A DNA stretch of 64,000 bases from Takakia lepidozioides (taxonomy: Eukaryota > Plantae > Bryophyta): contig CM060734.1 in assembly GCA_030704615.1 (NCBI GenBank), forward strand, positions 35,960,001 to 36,024,000, read 5' to 3'. Below are positions 50,978 to 63,645 of this stretch, piece by piece (the stretch's first letter is position 1; every line of letters begins with the position of its first letter). A program made the translations under genes and the position numbers. The notes beneath the pieces are model-generated. The model saw only the letters and a list, made by a program, of their open reading frames with translations. It had not been told where the DNA came from and made no database searches.

Positions 50978-51828
50978 AGTCATGTTCATAATCACTTGCA
51001 CATCACTATAATAGTGGTATAATTTAAAACTGTAGGAGTAGCCAAATGCACACAATTGCCTACATTACCACTTGTATAGTGGTATAAGTAGTCACATATA
51101 TATTAATGTACTAGTGGTATGAATTCCTCCAGTGGTATTCCTAATCACTTACACACCACTCTGTTAGTAATGACTCCAATCCATAGTTCCCACTCAGAGA
51201 AACACCATGAATGACTCAAATAGCTTACACACCACTCTGTGGGTAATCATTCCAATGACCTGCTGAGAGACGTCATCCACTCACATAACCACTCTGTGAG
51301 TGATATTGTATATTCTCAGTTTTCATAGAATAACTCTATGAGTCATTTTGTGGTCACTCAACAAGTGGTTTCGGAAGTCATTGAATTTTTCACTCCATCC
51401 ATTTCGTAGCACTGACACACGACACGTGTCCATGCTGAGAGTGTCGCCACGTGTCGACATAATCTCCAATATCATCCACGGACCACCGGCTTACACGTCT
51501 CCACTACAAAACGGAAGTGGTTACTTTACCACTATGACACGTCAGTTTACCACTACGACACGTCATAAGTGGTTGGTTACCTTAGTGACACGTCATTGAC
51601 ATGTCCCAGTGGTTAATTTGCCACTGTGACACATCAGCTAACAGGTGGACCCGGACGTGAGTGGTTCGAACCACTGTCCTTAACCACCGGTGCCACGTAA
51701 TGTCTTTTATCACTCACTTGTCCTAATGCACTGGTTCTTCATCACTCTGGGGCTAGAGTGGTTGAGTGTCTTTTACCACTCAAAATGAGTGGTTAACAGA
51801 GTGGTTATTCCATGTTTTTCTTCTAGTG
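50978..51828 (-). mobile_element. Solo end of the 13552-18314 CACTA family (inverted copy of 13552-14362)
   Basis: Ends in GTGGTTATTCCATGTTTTTCTTCTAGTG. Near-identical to the reverse complement of 13552-14362 (ORFs 13720-13992 and 51348-51599 translate almost identically), with one extra ~40-bp unit. Confidence 0.9.
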
Positions 51829-52885
51829 GTAGATCCTCATTGGAGCCAAGTTGAAGCAGGTCTGCATTCATATGCTGGCAGTTTTGAAGCAGCAAGAGGC
51901 TCAACAACACCCGTTTTTGCAAGAATAGGAACTGCAAGCTTCAAGAAATCAAGACAAGTGAAGACCCTCACCTGTGCCCGTCCCAAAAACCACCACATAA
52001 AGATGTGTGTTAGTGAGGATGCATCAGGTGAGTGGCAGGTCTTCACAGTTGCTATCCATGTCAGTGTTGAATTCTAAAGCATGTACAGATCATAATTCAA
52101 GCAAGGGTAAACTCAAAAAACCTTGAGTGTTTGTGGTATGCCCTGCGCCATGGCGTCCAACAGATCGTCTCCAACAGAACGCAATCAAAGTAGAAGTGTT
52201 CGCAGATAGAGAATAGCTCATACAAAAAGAGAGCAACATGTAATCTGTAGATAAATAGGGATGGAGTACTTCCCAACGAGGAGTAAAAGCGCCGCTGCAA
52301 ATTAAAAAGAACCATGGGTTTCTGAGCAAAGCGATCATCGCTTTGTCGTCTGCTAGAGAGGAATCTGCCTATCCGCCAATGCGCATCCCAAGAGCCAGCC
52401 ATCACGAGTACCATGTAGCAGCAGAGGAGCAGGTTTACACGGCGCATCATCAAGGATCACAGAAGCACGAGTTTTGTGCTGTGAAATGTGTCAGCCCGCT
52501 TAGGGCACAGCTTCCCGATTTCTCATCCAAGGTGGATGAAAAGTCGCATTTTATCAAGAGATGCACTTTGTCAATGGATGACATCCCATAAAAAGGTATC
52601 TTTTTAGGGTTATGGTATAGGCTTAGGTTTAATAACTGCCATCATTTATGATGGTAAAATTACTATCTCTTGGATTTTAGAATAGGTCACCATTATTCAT
52701 GTAGTTCATCCAGTTTAGATGAAAGAAAAAAATGGTAAACCAAGCTTTCTGTACATTAAGTTTTATCATCCTATAATAATATCAGCCAAATTTGGATGAA
52801 AAAAGTTGGGATGAAAAACTAAATAACCAGCCTCAAAAAGGTTAAGGCCAGATGAAATCCAAAAAGTTATAGAGGGAGAGGGAGA

Positions 52886-52924
<39 letters not shown>

Positions 52925-53069
52925 TGAGAGGGAGACATCAGGGGGCAACAAAGAAAAGAAAAGAAGGTTGGGGGGGGGGGGAGTGACAGAGCAGCTGCTA
53001 CTGCTCAGTCATTTTCCCCCCACATTTTTTTTTTTCTTTGTTGCCCCCTCTCTTGGGGAATCGAAAGGG

Positions 53070-53735
53070 ATAGATCCTACCTCTGTCAGGGGCTGACGTT
53101 GGTAGTAAGACTTACCTTCACATATAGAATTAATCCGGGTTTTCCAGATATCCTCTACAAATCCCTTCACACAAGCATCAATTTGTTGTATGTGAGTTGC
53201 CCAAAAACTAGGCCTCAGAAGGGGCTGGGTTTTTGGCTCAGCCTCGACTTTTTCAAAGTTAGTAAATAGAGGTACATGCACAATTCCCTTGATATATTTG
53301 AAGAGAGCGTCTCTTTGGTGAGAGAACCCCGGACAGTGTATCAGAAAATGAATATTGTCTTCAGGTTGCCCACAGACATGGTTGGACACTACAGCCTCTA
53401 AGTCAGATTTATCCAGCAGGGTGAAGACTTGCGGTTCCAGGTCTAGGTCCTTGAGAATCTCTTCTACTGTCTTCTACCAGGACTTAGCCTGTTTGACAGG
53501 TCAGTGGGCAGTCTTGTTTCCAAGATATAGAGTCGATTAACTTAGGATATCTGGTGTTGGACATATGTTGCAGCTGAACCCACCATCTGACCTTGAATTT
53601 ATCTCGTCGGGAGCTTAAAAGAGAGCAGCACAGAAGAGAGGGAGAGAGAGGGAGTGAGAGGGAGACATCAGGGGGCAACAAAAGGGACAGATCCTACCTC
53701 TGTCAGGGGCTGACGTTGGTAGTAAGACTTAGACC
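53070..53735 (-). mobile_element. Rearranged LINE 3' fragments including a conserved 3' stem-loop tail
   Basis: CGQPEDNIHFLIHCP zinc-knuckle. Tail TCTTACTACCAACGTCAGCCCCTGACAGAGGTAGG at 53076 and 53693, and also at 16707. Confidence 0.65.
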
Positions 53736-56700
53736 TCAGAAGACCCCACCATCTGACGTCCATTGTTGCCCCCTCTCTCCCTCTGTCTCCCTCCTCGGAA
53801 TTGGCCGGTTGCATCAATGTTCTTTTCATGATTTTCCATCTATACCAGATGGACTCTAAAAGGTGTTTTCACCCGACTTGTAAAGGTTGTAAAGGTTTTC
53901 TATCCATACCGGAAGAATCACCTGGGTGGACACTAAAATACCTTTAAAAGGACATAATTTTTCATTCCTCTTTTATTGACTTTCATCTATATCATATGAG
54001 TCACCAGAGAATGAGGAATTACCTCCGTAGGGGTTATGACACTGGCATCATATCTATAATTTTTCCATCCATGCCGGATGAAAAATACCAGGATTCGAAT
54101 TCGTTTTATTCCCCCTTTATGCCTTTTTTTTCCGTACTGGATGAGGCTTTTTCTTAAGGGATGACGAATTACCTGTTAGGATGAGAAACCGCTGCCTTGG
54201 ATGATGTATACTACTTTTTCATCCTGCTGATGGACCTCATCCAAATAAATGAACCTATTTATTTTTTCATCTGGACCGGATGAAAAAAACAGCTTATGAT
54301 GGCCATGGAGAATTTTTTAAATACCCTTAATTATTGCTAATTAAGGAGTGAAACCCTAACTCCTACCCTATAATCTACTGTTTAAACCTAGCTAACGGAT
54401 GACATCCGTCAGGTTTTTGAGAGAAAGGGTATTGATTATTCATCCTCCGGATGAAAAAATGGGCTTTGCGCTAAGGTATCTCACCCGCTGTCAGCTGCAT
54501 TCCTCGTGGTGCAGAGCTTGCAAGTTATGGCGTTTGAGCTCTGCTGCTACCCTGTCTGCTGCTTCATGCCGGACGAGCTCCTGGGGATGTGCAATGGCGG
54601 CGTCTTGTCTCTTCTCTCAGGCTGGAGAACCCGCTGTAATGGCATCGCCCTTTTCCCTCCTCTGGCTTTTATGTTTCGCAGCGGCGCTTTGGTGGGGAAG
54701 TATATCGCTCTCTCTCCCTTCTTAAAACTAGCATTTGTATGTTTCGCTTCTCCTTAGCTGTGCTGGAGGTGGCGTGTTGGTGGCGATGGCGCAGTGTTAC
54801 CTTCCCCAATCGCTCAAGGTGCTTTTGGTGATTAGGGTTCCTTTTACTTCATATTTTTCTCTCTTGTTTTTGGGGTTATTAGTTGACATCGATAACAAGT
54901 GTAGGGGTCTGTGATTCATTTGGGGTTCCACAATCCTCACTAACCCATTGGTTTTTGTGGGGGCTTGTGATGGGACCAGGTGAGGATCCCTACCTACTTT
55001 GAATTCTCTTGAGCTTGCAGATAAGGATGTGTGCAAAAGGAACATACTGCTGCTGTCTGCAGCCCCGATTTCGGCCCGCTTGCTCCCGGTTTGACATGTT
55101 GATGCTTGCTTTTGACTTATCTTTTGCTGCTGCTGATGGAGCACTTCGGCCTGGCAGCCTTGTCTCATGCAGCACTGCATGTGAATCCTACCCTGTCTTG
55201 AATCTTTGACAGCTTTGCCTGTGGATTTTTAGACTAGGTTCCCCTTTTTTTGGCCTTAAAAGAGGATTGATGGTGTAAGGGACAAGTCATAAGTGGTTGT
55301 TTGGCTCTAAGGATGAGGAGACCTGAGTTTTGATAAATAAGACAGCCTGATAAGGTAGTGACAGGCTATTTTCAGACTTGGATTTGTTGTGGAATGGAGC
55401 ATAGTGAGGTTCTATTTGCAAAACATGGCATTAGCCTTCTGTGAAACAGTGACGGTAAGCTCTAAATGACTCTGGCCAATGATTATTTACTTTATTTTGC
55501 CATATGAACAGACACCTGCATTGTATGATTTATCTTGGCCAAGTGGGCTTGGTCTTGGGCACTCAAAGTGTGTACATGATGTAGAATGAAGTCGCAGTTA
55601 GTCTTGTCATGCCCAAAGTGATCACTTGGTTGCATGTTTGAAGTCTGATTTAATGCAGGCTAGGCCAGCAAGAGTCCTATGTGCACAGGTCCAGACTGTT
55701 CTTACATACCCAGAAGGCCTTGCACGATGCATGCTTTGGGATGCTTACATTTGGCCAAATGTGAAGCTGCAGTGTACTTGGTGGCAGGCCCGAAGTGTAA
55801 TTAATTGCAGGCTGGTCCTTCCTGCTGCCGGTGTGAACACTCACTGAATGTGTTGTAGGGCATACTATTCTTACTTACTTTGCATAATGCTTGTCTTGGA
55901 TCACCTCAAGGTACTTGTGTATACATATCTTGGATCTGTAATGTGGCAAGATACTCTTATATGCCCATGATGTCTTGCATGGTGCATATCTTATGGATAA
56001 CTATAGATGATGTAATCTGAGGCTGCAATCTGACTTATATTGTGCAAGAGGGTCACTTGGGTACATGACAAGAATCTGATTATGAACATACCCCGCCCTC
56101 CCACCCTGTTTTATCATGACTGAATGGGTGGCGTCACTTGGTGGGCGTCACTTGGCATGTTATGACAAGACTGGAAAAGAAACAAACAACAAAGGAAATC
56201 ATGCACGCAAATGAAAGGATAAATCATGGAACAAGGTGCGACAGTTGTACCTTTGCAAGCTTGTCTGACTCGCCCTCGGTGTCACCCGATGTGGCAGGAG
56301 TCCCTGTTGCCGGATGTGCCGGCTCTATCCCCTCCCGGAGCGCCACTGGAAGTAGATTCCAGATGTGGAGCATAGCTGGCGGTGACGCCCCGTAGTCTAG
56401 GCCCTTCTTTGCTGACCGCTCAGGCTCAGGGGGCGGGGTCGCTCATCGGCTAGGCTGCTCCGAACTGGCCCATACCTCCTCCTCTCCCCCCCCCCCCCCC
56501 ACAAATACGTATCAGGGTAGAAGCCCTCACCCGGCTTGACTTCTTCGAGGCGCTTCGCTATCTTGGCCACTTCATTGGCCCTCCTCGTCTCCTCCTCCCT
56601 CATTGACAACAATGGGTTGGCAATGGAGGCTTTCAAAGGCCCTTGAACCTGACGTTGGGCCTTGGCAAGTGCAGCCTTTGCTGCGGAGGAAGGGGTCGCT

Positions 56701-57039
56701 ATGGGGGTGACATCCAAAAGTTGCCCATACCGGGCCCCCGAACGGGTGATGTGCTTGCCAAGGTACATTTCACCCGTCTTGGTGGCCGGGGGTGTGCTCA
56801 ACTGAGCATCCGGCTCAGCAACAACCTCCCGAATAGGAGAGCTGGCTGAGCCAGCCCCTGGCGCATCCAAGATGTGGACAAGAGGGGGGGTACTGGGGGG
56901 CAGACGAGCCCTCCGGCTGCGACTGTCGATGGGGCTGGTTAACCGTGAGACACCTTGGCGCGTCACACGTGCGGGCAGAGCAAACGGATTGTCCGCCCCT
57001 TTCCTTGGGCAAGGGACTTCTTCTCTTTCCCTATATCTG

Positions 57040-57534
57040 CTATGTGAGATTTGCCCAATAACTAGGCCTCAGGAGGGCCTGGGCTTTTGGCTCAGCCTTG
57101 AGACTTTCAAAGTTGGTAAACAAAGGTACAGGCACAATTCTCTTGATAGATTTGAAGAGAGCGTCTCTTTGGTGAGAGAACCCCGGACAGTGTATCAGAA
57201 AATGAGTACTGTCTTCAGATTGCCCACACAACGGGCAATTGCACTCTCCCTTTCCTCTCTGCTTCTGTTTGCTGTTCAAAGGTAGGCTTCCTGCCTTGAG
57301 TTTAAATTTCAGTCTAGTGCCGAGAGTGGGCAGATCCTTGAGGTCATCCAAGATGTCCTCCCCCATGTCACTGACTGGAAACAAGTTCAGGGAAGTTTTC
57401 TGCCTAACTTCATTTTCATCAGACAATCTCATGGCAACAGACATGGCTTTGGACACTACAGCCTCTAAGTCAGATTTATCAACCCATATTGCAGATCCGT
57501 ACTCCAAGACAGGTCTAATAATGCGACAAAACAT
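57040..57534 (-). mobile_element. Non-LTR retrotransposon ORF2 C-terminal fragment
   Basis: IIRPVLEYGSAIW (post-RT thumb motif), RLKFKLKAGSLPLN, CPLCGQSEDSTHFLIHCP (CCHC). Confidence 0.75.
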
Positions 57535-60240
57535 GGTTTTCTTAACCTCAGAGTTGACCCCTCTGCAAAAAAAGTTAAAAAGAGAGAGGGAGAGGGAAGA
57601 TATTCACGTCATGTCAAGACATGGACAGGACCCATAAGGGTTATTGTCAATTAAAGACATAAACAGCCCTGGATAGGGCACTATCACACATTTCCAGTCT
57701 TGTCAAATCATCCCAAAAGACACCACCCAATCATTCAAGACAAAACAGGGTGGGAGGGCGGGGTTTGTTCTTGTGTGGGACAAGATAAGATATTGCTGTC
57801 CCTGTGCAGGCTGCAAGGCCTCTTGGTTCAGCCTGTACATATACCAGCAGCTTACCATTTCAGCCATTAATTTATGGCAGGTCATGCATCAGCCAAGGCA
57901 TAAGGACCAGCCTGCAATTTGTCAAAATCTCAGTATGCCACCAAGCAGTCCAACTTGAGCAAGATGAAATAGATTCCATATCATTTGTATTCACCCCGAG
58001 ACATGTGATCATACAAGGTATCAAGGGAATGTGAATGCAGCCTGTCAAATTGCAGGTTCAAGACTTGTACCAACAAGCAGCATGAACAGCCGAGATCCAG
58101 CCTCTTTTGTATACAAAAAACCAGATTGCAGGTCATAGGCCTGATCTGTCAAAACTATAGGTAGGATCCCATTGCAGCTTATCATCCTCATCCTTCAAGA
58201 GTTCCATGCTAAGACATGCAAAGAACACCTTACTACGATCCAATACACATCAGAAGTAGGCTTGAAAAGGAGCAGGGTAGTACCCTACCAAGCTGCCGCC
58301 TTAAACTTCAAGGCCACCAGGTCCATAGATACCCAAGACCGCCAAAAACATACCACCAAAAACCAGATCCTCTTTGGCCAAAAGAACTTACAACCTAGCT
58401 TAATAATCCACGGGCTTTGCTGTCAAAGATAAAAAAGGTAGGGTATGATTTGTATGCAAGCCTCAGGAAACAGGCCAGTCAGGCCGAGCTGCGCATCGGC
58501 GGCAGAATGACAAAGGCCAGAACGCAGGCTGTAGCATGTCAAGCCAGGGGCAGTCGGGTTGAAATCGGGGCTGCAGGCAACAGCCACCTCACAGCGCACA
58601 AACCCCTAGATCTCCTCAGCCCATATCCCAATCTGCATGCTCAAGAAAATTCAAAGTAGGTGAGGATCCTCACCTGGTCCCATCACAAGCCCCCACAAAA
58701 ACCAACAGGTTAGTGAGGATTGTGGAACCCTAGGTGAATCACAGACCCTCACACTTGTCATCGATGTCAACTAAGAAACTCAAAAGCAAGAGAAAGAGAT
58801 AAGAACATGAGAATCCCTAAACTCCAAAGGCACCTTAAGCGATTGGGGAAGAGGGTTATGCGCCATCACCACCCGCAGCAAGCCGCCTTCACAAAGCACA
58901 TAAGCAATGAAGCAAAGCAGGCACAATCGCAAGGCACTAGAAAGGAGGGAGAGAACTTCCCATCATAAGCATCCTTGCTAAGCACAGAAAAAGCCAGAGG
59001 AGGGAAGATGCCACTACATTCATAACGGTGTTTCCCGCTGCAAGAGAGACAAGGCGCCGCTTTCGCGCCCCCCTAGGCGCTCGTCCAGCATGGGTACGAC
59101 ACCACAAACGGGGCAGCCACCGAAGCACGTCCGCCATAACACTCTCCTCGCGAGCTCAGAAGCACATCGCGTGCTTCTGACAGCGGGAGAGACGACATAG
59201 GGTTGTCCCCCGATTATTCATCCGTGGATGAAAAACAATAGGACGCATCCGTACACCCTGACGGATTTCATCCGCAACAAGGTTAAAAATAGGTTTTGGG
59301 TTAGGGGTTAGGGTTTCCACCGTAATTAATCATAATTAGGGGTAGTTAAGATCAATTCCAGGCCATAATCACTTCAACCATAGACAGATCACTTGTGTCA
59401 GGATGAAAAAGTAGGGAATATCATCCGTGGGAGCGCCTTACCTCCATCTAGGAATATCATTCCTCACTAGACCATCCGGTATGGATAAAAAGAGTCAATA
59501 AAAGAGGAATGAAAAATTATCATCCTGGTAGTTTTTCATCCGGTACGGATGGAAAAATAGGATGTTGTTGGCAACCTTCATAGAGGTAATTCTTTTCTTC
59601 CATGGTGACTCTCCGGTATGGATGAGAGTCAATAAAGGAGGAATGAAAAGGCCAAAAGAACCATCCTAGAGGTAACTCAGTGTCCATCCTGGTGGCTCAT
59701 CCGGTATGGATGAAAAAGCCTGATAAAGGATGAGAAAACAAGAAGTCAACACTGATAGCAAACTGCCAATTCCCAGTAGAGAGGGAGACAGAGGGAGAGA
59801 AGGGGCAACAAAGAAAAAACAAAAAGGTAGGGGGGGGGGGGCGGGAGTGACTGAACAGCTGCTACTCAGTCACCCGGCTTACGCCACGTGTTTTTGGGTT
59901 TTAGGATGGGACTCCCGGGCAGGTTAGAAAAAAAAAGGGATGCGATGCCGTGCCGGCGCCCCCACCAACGCCGTCGGCTGGAGGGCCGCGACGGCAAGAC
60001 GTCGCTCGATGGAGGCCCCTGCCATCGGCGCGGACGGCCTGAAAAGCGACGTCCGGCAGTCACGGGAGTTGGGGCGGGGGCTTGCAACCCCCATACGTCG
60101 CATTTTTGCGACGTCATTTTGGCGACGCCAATGCGACTGCCGAGCGTCGCAAATTATGCGCCTGCCCTTTGCCCAAAAAGGGCGTTTTCCCCGCGGCGTG
60201 GCTCGGGCATCGCAAAGGCCCCCCTTTTCCTGTAGTGTGA

Positions 60241-63200
60241 ATGAAATGTGGTGTCGTGGACCGTGATGCTTGCAGGGTATGCACAGCAGGAGCGCGGGAT
60301 GGAGGCTTTGGAGACCTATGAGCAAATGATGGTGGATGAGGTGAAGCCCGACCACATCACATCTGTGGGTTTGCAAGCCTGGTAGCCCTGGAAAAGGGCA
60401 AAGAGGTACAAGGTGACATCATCAAAGCTGGAATTGTACCAGATGTCATTGTGAATACTACCCTGGTGGACATGTATGTGCATTAAGGCTGCAAAGGGAG
60501 TTTTCAACACTATGGCTGAACGAGATGTGGTGTCATTGAAGACGATGCTTGTAGGGTATCCACAGCACAGACGTGGTATGGGGGCTTTGGAGACCTATGA
60601 TCAGATGATGGGGCAAGGGGTGAAGCCCAACCACATCACGTTTCTATGCATTAGCAATGCGTGTACAAGCCTGGCAGCTCTAGAAAAGGGCAAAGAGGTC
60701 CATGGCGACATGGTCAGAGCTGTAGTTGTACCAAATGTCATTCTGAACAATACCCTCCTTGACATGTATGAAGGGAGTGTTCGACAGTATGGCTGAACGA
60801 GATGTGGTGTCGTGGAGTGCGATGATTGCAGGATATGCACAGCAAGAGCGCGGGATGGAGGCTTTGGAGACCTATGAGCAAATGATGTGCGAAGGGGGTG
60901 AAGCCCAACTACATGACGTTTGTTTGCATTTGCAATGCGTGTGCAAGCCTGGCAGCCTTGGAAAAGTTCAAAGAGGTCAGATTCATCCAAGAGGGCCGGA
61001 TTTCAAGCTCCAGATCACCTATGATTCCATGTGGAAGGATAGCTAATACAAGAAACCTGCATGGGTAGATGGTCAACTGGAAGCCGCAGCTGCAGTGGTA
61101 CAATTGATAAATTCAAGCACTGCTAATGAAGGCACCTTCTTCAAAACATTTCACCCTGTTTTTCCCTCTTATCACAATGGGCCCTAAATTTTCATCTTGA
61201 ATTCTGCAAGTTAGCTGGTTGAGTGAACCTTTGATAGTTTGGAGTGACTTTGACATGATACTGCCAATGTGACAACAGGGAAGTATCCAGAAACAGGTAA
61301 TAGAGACGAGGAGAGGCTGTGGAATGAATACTTTTCTGACCCCACTCAATGGTGGGACAATGGAGGCAAAGGTGAATGCCTGTTGGATTACATAGAGTAG
61401 CAGATGCAATTGAGGATAGGAACTAGAGTGATACTTTGTGCGGCAGGCAGACTGAAAGAGGCTCTACAGACTTTAAACCAAGGAGGCATTTCAGCAGATT
61501 TAGAAACGTATGTCTGTCTCTTGCATAAGTGCATCAAGGTGAAAGGCCTGGAAGCTGGAAAGCAGGTGCACACTCACATTATCCAAAGTGGGTTCACGCC
61601 AAATGTTTTTCTCCTCAACACCCTTGTCAACATGTATGTTAAGTGCGGGAGCATCATGGATGCTCACCAAGTGTTCAACATAATGCCTCAACGATCTTTG
61701 ATCACGTGATAATGTTGGCAGGATTTACCAAACATGGGTGTGGTAGGAATGCTTTGGAGACCTATGAGCAAATGTTGCGCGAAGGGGTGAAGCCCAACCA
61801 CATCACATTTGTTTGTGTTTGCAATGCGTATGAAAGCCTCGGAGCCCTGGAAAAGCAAGGACAATGTGGTGAGGGCACCTTCTTCGTCGACCTATTTCAG
61901 CCTGTTTTGCCCTCTCATCAGACTCAGCCCTGAGATGCATATTGAATTTTGTAAGTTAGCTCGTTGGGTGGATCTGTGGTGGTTTGGAATGACTTTGACA
62001 AGCAACTGCCGATGTGGCAGCAGGAAAGTATCCAAAAACAGATAACAGAGATGAGGATCTACCAAGCATGGGTGTGGTATGAATGATTTGGAGACCTATG
62101 AGCAAATGATGCACGAAGGGGTGAAGCCCAACCACATCACGTTCATTTGTGTTTGCAAGCCTGGGTGCCCTGGAAAAGGGGAAAGAGGTCCATGATGACA
62201 TCGTCAAAGCTGGAATTGTACCAGATGACATTCTGAACACTGCCCTAGTGGACATGTATGCCAAATGTGGGTGTATTAAGGATGCAAAGGCAGTTTTCAA
62301 CAATATGGCTGAACGAGATGTGGTGTCGTGGAGCGCGATGCTTGCAGGGTATGCACAGCAGGGACGTGGGGTGGAGGCTTTGGAGACCTATGAGCAAATG
62401 ATGGGGGAAGGGGTGAAGCCCAACCACATCACGTTTGTGTGCATTTGCAATGCGTGTGCAAGCCTGGCAGCTCTGGAAAAGGGCAAAGAGGTCCATGGCG
62501 ACATTGGCAGGGCTGGAATTGTACCTGATGTCATTCTGAACAATGTCCTCGTGGGACATGTATGCCAAATGTGGGAGCATCGAGGATGCAAAGGCAATGT
62601 TTAACAATATGGCTGAATGAAATGTGGTGTTGTGGAATGCGATGCTTGCAGGGTATGCGCAGCAGGGGCGCGGGATGGAGGCTTTGGAGAGCTATGAGCA
62701 AATGATGGTGGAAGGGGTGAAGCCCAACCACATCACGTCTGTGCATTTGCAAGCCTGGAAGCCCTGGAAAAGGGCAAAGAGGTGCATGGTTGCATCGCAA
62801 AAGCAGGAATAGTACCAGATGTGATTGTCAACAATACCCTCGTGGACATGTATGCAAAATGTGGGTGCATCCAAGATGCAGAGGGAGTGTTTGGAGACCT
62901 AGGAGCAAATGTTGTGCGAAGGGGCGAAGCCCAACCACATCACATTTGTTTGTGTTTGCAATGCGTGTGCAAGCCTGGGTGCTCTGGAAAAGGGGAAAGA
63001 GGTCCGTGGTGACATCGTCAAAGCTGGAATTGTACCTGATGTCATCCTGAACACTGCCCTGGTGGACATGTATGCCAAATGTGGGTGCATTAAGGATGCG
63101 AAGGGAGTTAATTTCAACACCATGGCTGAACGAGATGTGGTGTCGTGGAACGCGATGCACAGTAGGGGCGTGGGATGGAGGCTTTGGAGACCTATGAGCA

Positions 63201-63310
63201 AATGATGGGGGAAGGGGTGAAGCCACATCACGTTTGTGTGCGTTTGCAGTTCGTGTGCAAGCCTGACAGCCATGGAAAAGGGCAAAGAGGTGCATGGTTG
63301 CACCGCCAAA
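60241..63310 (+). pseudogene. PLS-PPR pseudogene cluster, 3' part (continuation of copy 1 plus tandem copy 2), with PDF-motif pieces
   Basis: Repeated P (DVVSWSAMLAGYAQQGRGVEALETYEQM), L (NHITFVCICNACASL.ALEKGKEVH) and S (DVILNTALVDMYAKCG) motifs with many frameshifts. PDF halves at 60981-61080 and 61305-61372. No E or DYW domain seen. Confidence 0.9.
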
Positions 63311-63472
63311 GCTGAAAACAATGAAATAAGGGATGTATGTATGGAGTTGACCCACCCCTTTTTGTGAAAATTGAACGTAGTTCTCAGAATTCGTCGCTAG
63401 TAGTGCGGAGCAACGCGAAGCCCTAGTACTGAAATAAAAAAGTCCAAAGCTGAAATGCCTACTAAGATTTTT

Positions 63473-63645
63473 GGTTGTAGCCCAGTGGTAATGGGCACAT
63501 ACCAGCTCGGAAGTGGTCGTGGGTTCAATCCACCCTTGGTGTTACAAAGGTGTCCACCTTCGTAACGGAGGCAATAACCCTTCGGGGTGAAGAGACACCA
63601 TAAATTACGCTTCCTTCAGGAGGTATCAAATATTAAATATTATCA
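63473..63645 (+). mobile_element. tRNA-derived SINE family copy (most complete)
   Basis: A-box-like TAGCCCAGTGGT and B-box-like GGGTTCAATCC, then the shared body and an AT-rich tail. Confidence 0.65.

Larger units (their letters stand above)
53001..59858. mobile_element. Foldback-like element with ~1.5-kb long inverted arms, flanked by CTGCTA direct repeats
   Basis: Ends CTGCTCAGTCA / TGACTGAACAG. Arms ~53760-55330 vs ~58200-59815 are inverted (e.g. 54920-55020 vs 58630-58730). CATCCGGATGAAAA-type repeats. CTGCTA at 52995-53000 and 59859-59864. Confidence 0.6.
45865..60237. mobile_element. CACTA element (14.4 kb including nested insertions) inserted in a PPR exon
   Basis: CACTACAGCAAATGGGGG ... 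CCCCCTTTTCCTGTAGTG with TSD TGA (45862-64, 60238-40). GCGACG subterminal repeats. The PPR sequence NMAE|*NVVSW resumes across the insertion. Confidence 0.93.

Noticed and set aside
59295-59315. Telomere-like GGGTTAGGGGTTAGGGTTT
   Set aside because: Only 2-3 imperfect units; telo-box-like motifs are common in TE subtermini.
63404-63427. Possible second Helitron 3' end (..GCAACGCGAAGCCCTAGT)
   Set aside because: The hairpin is poorly formed.
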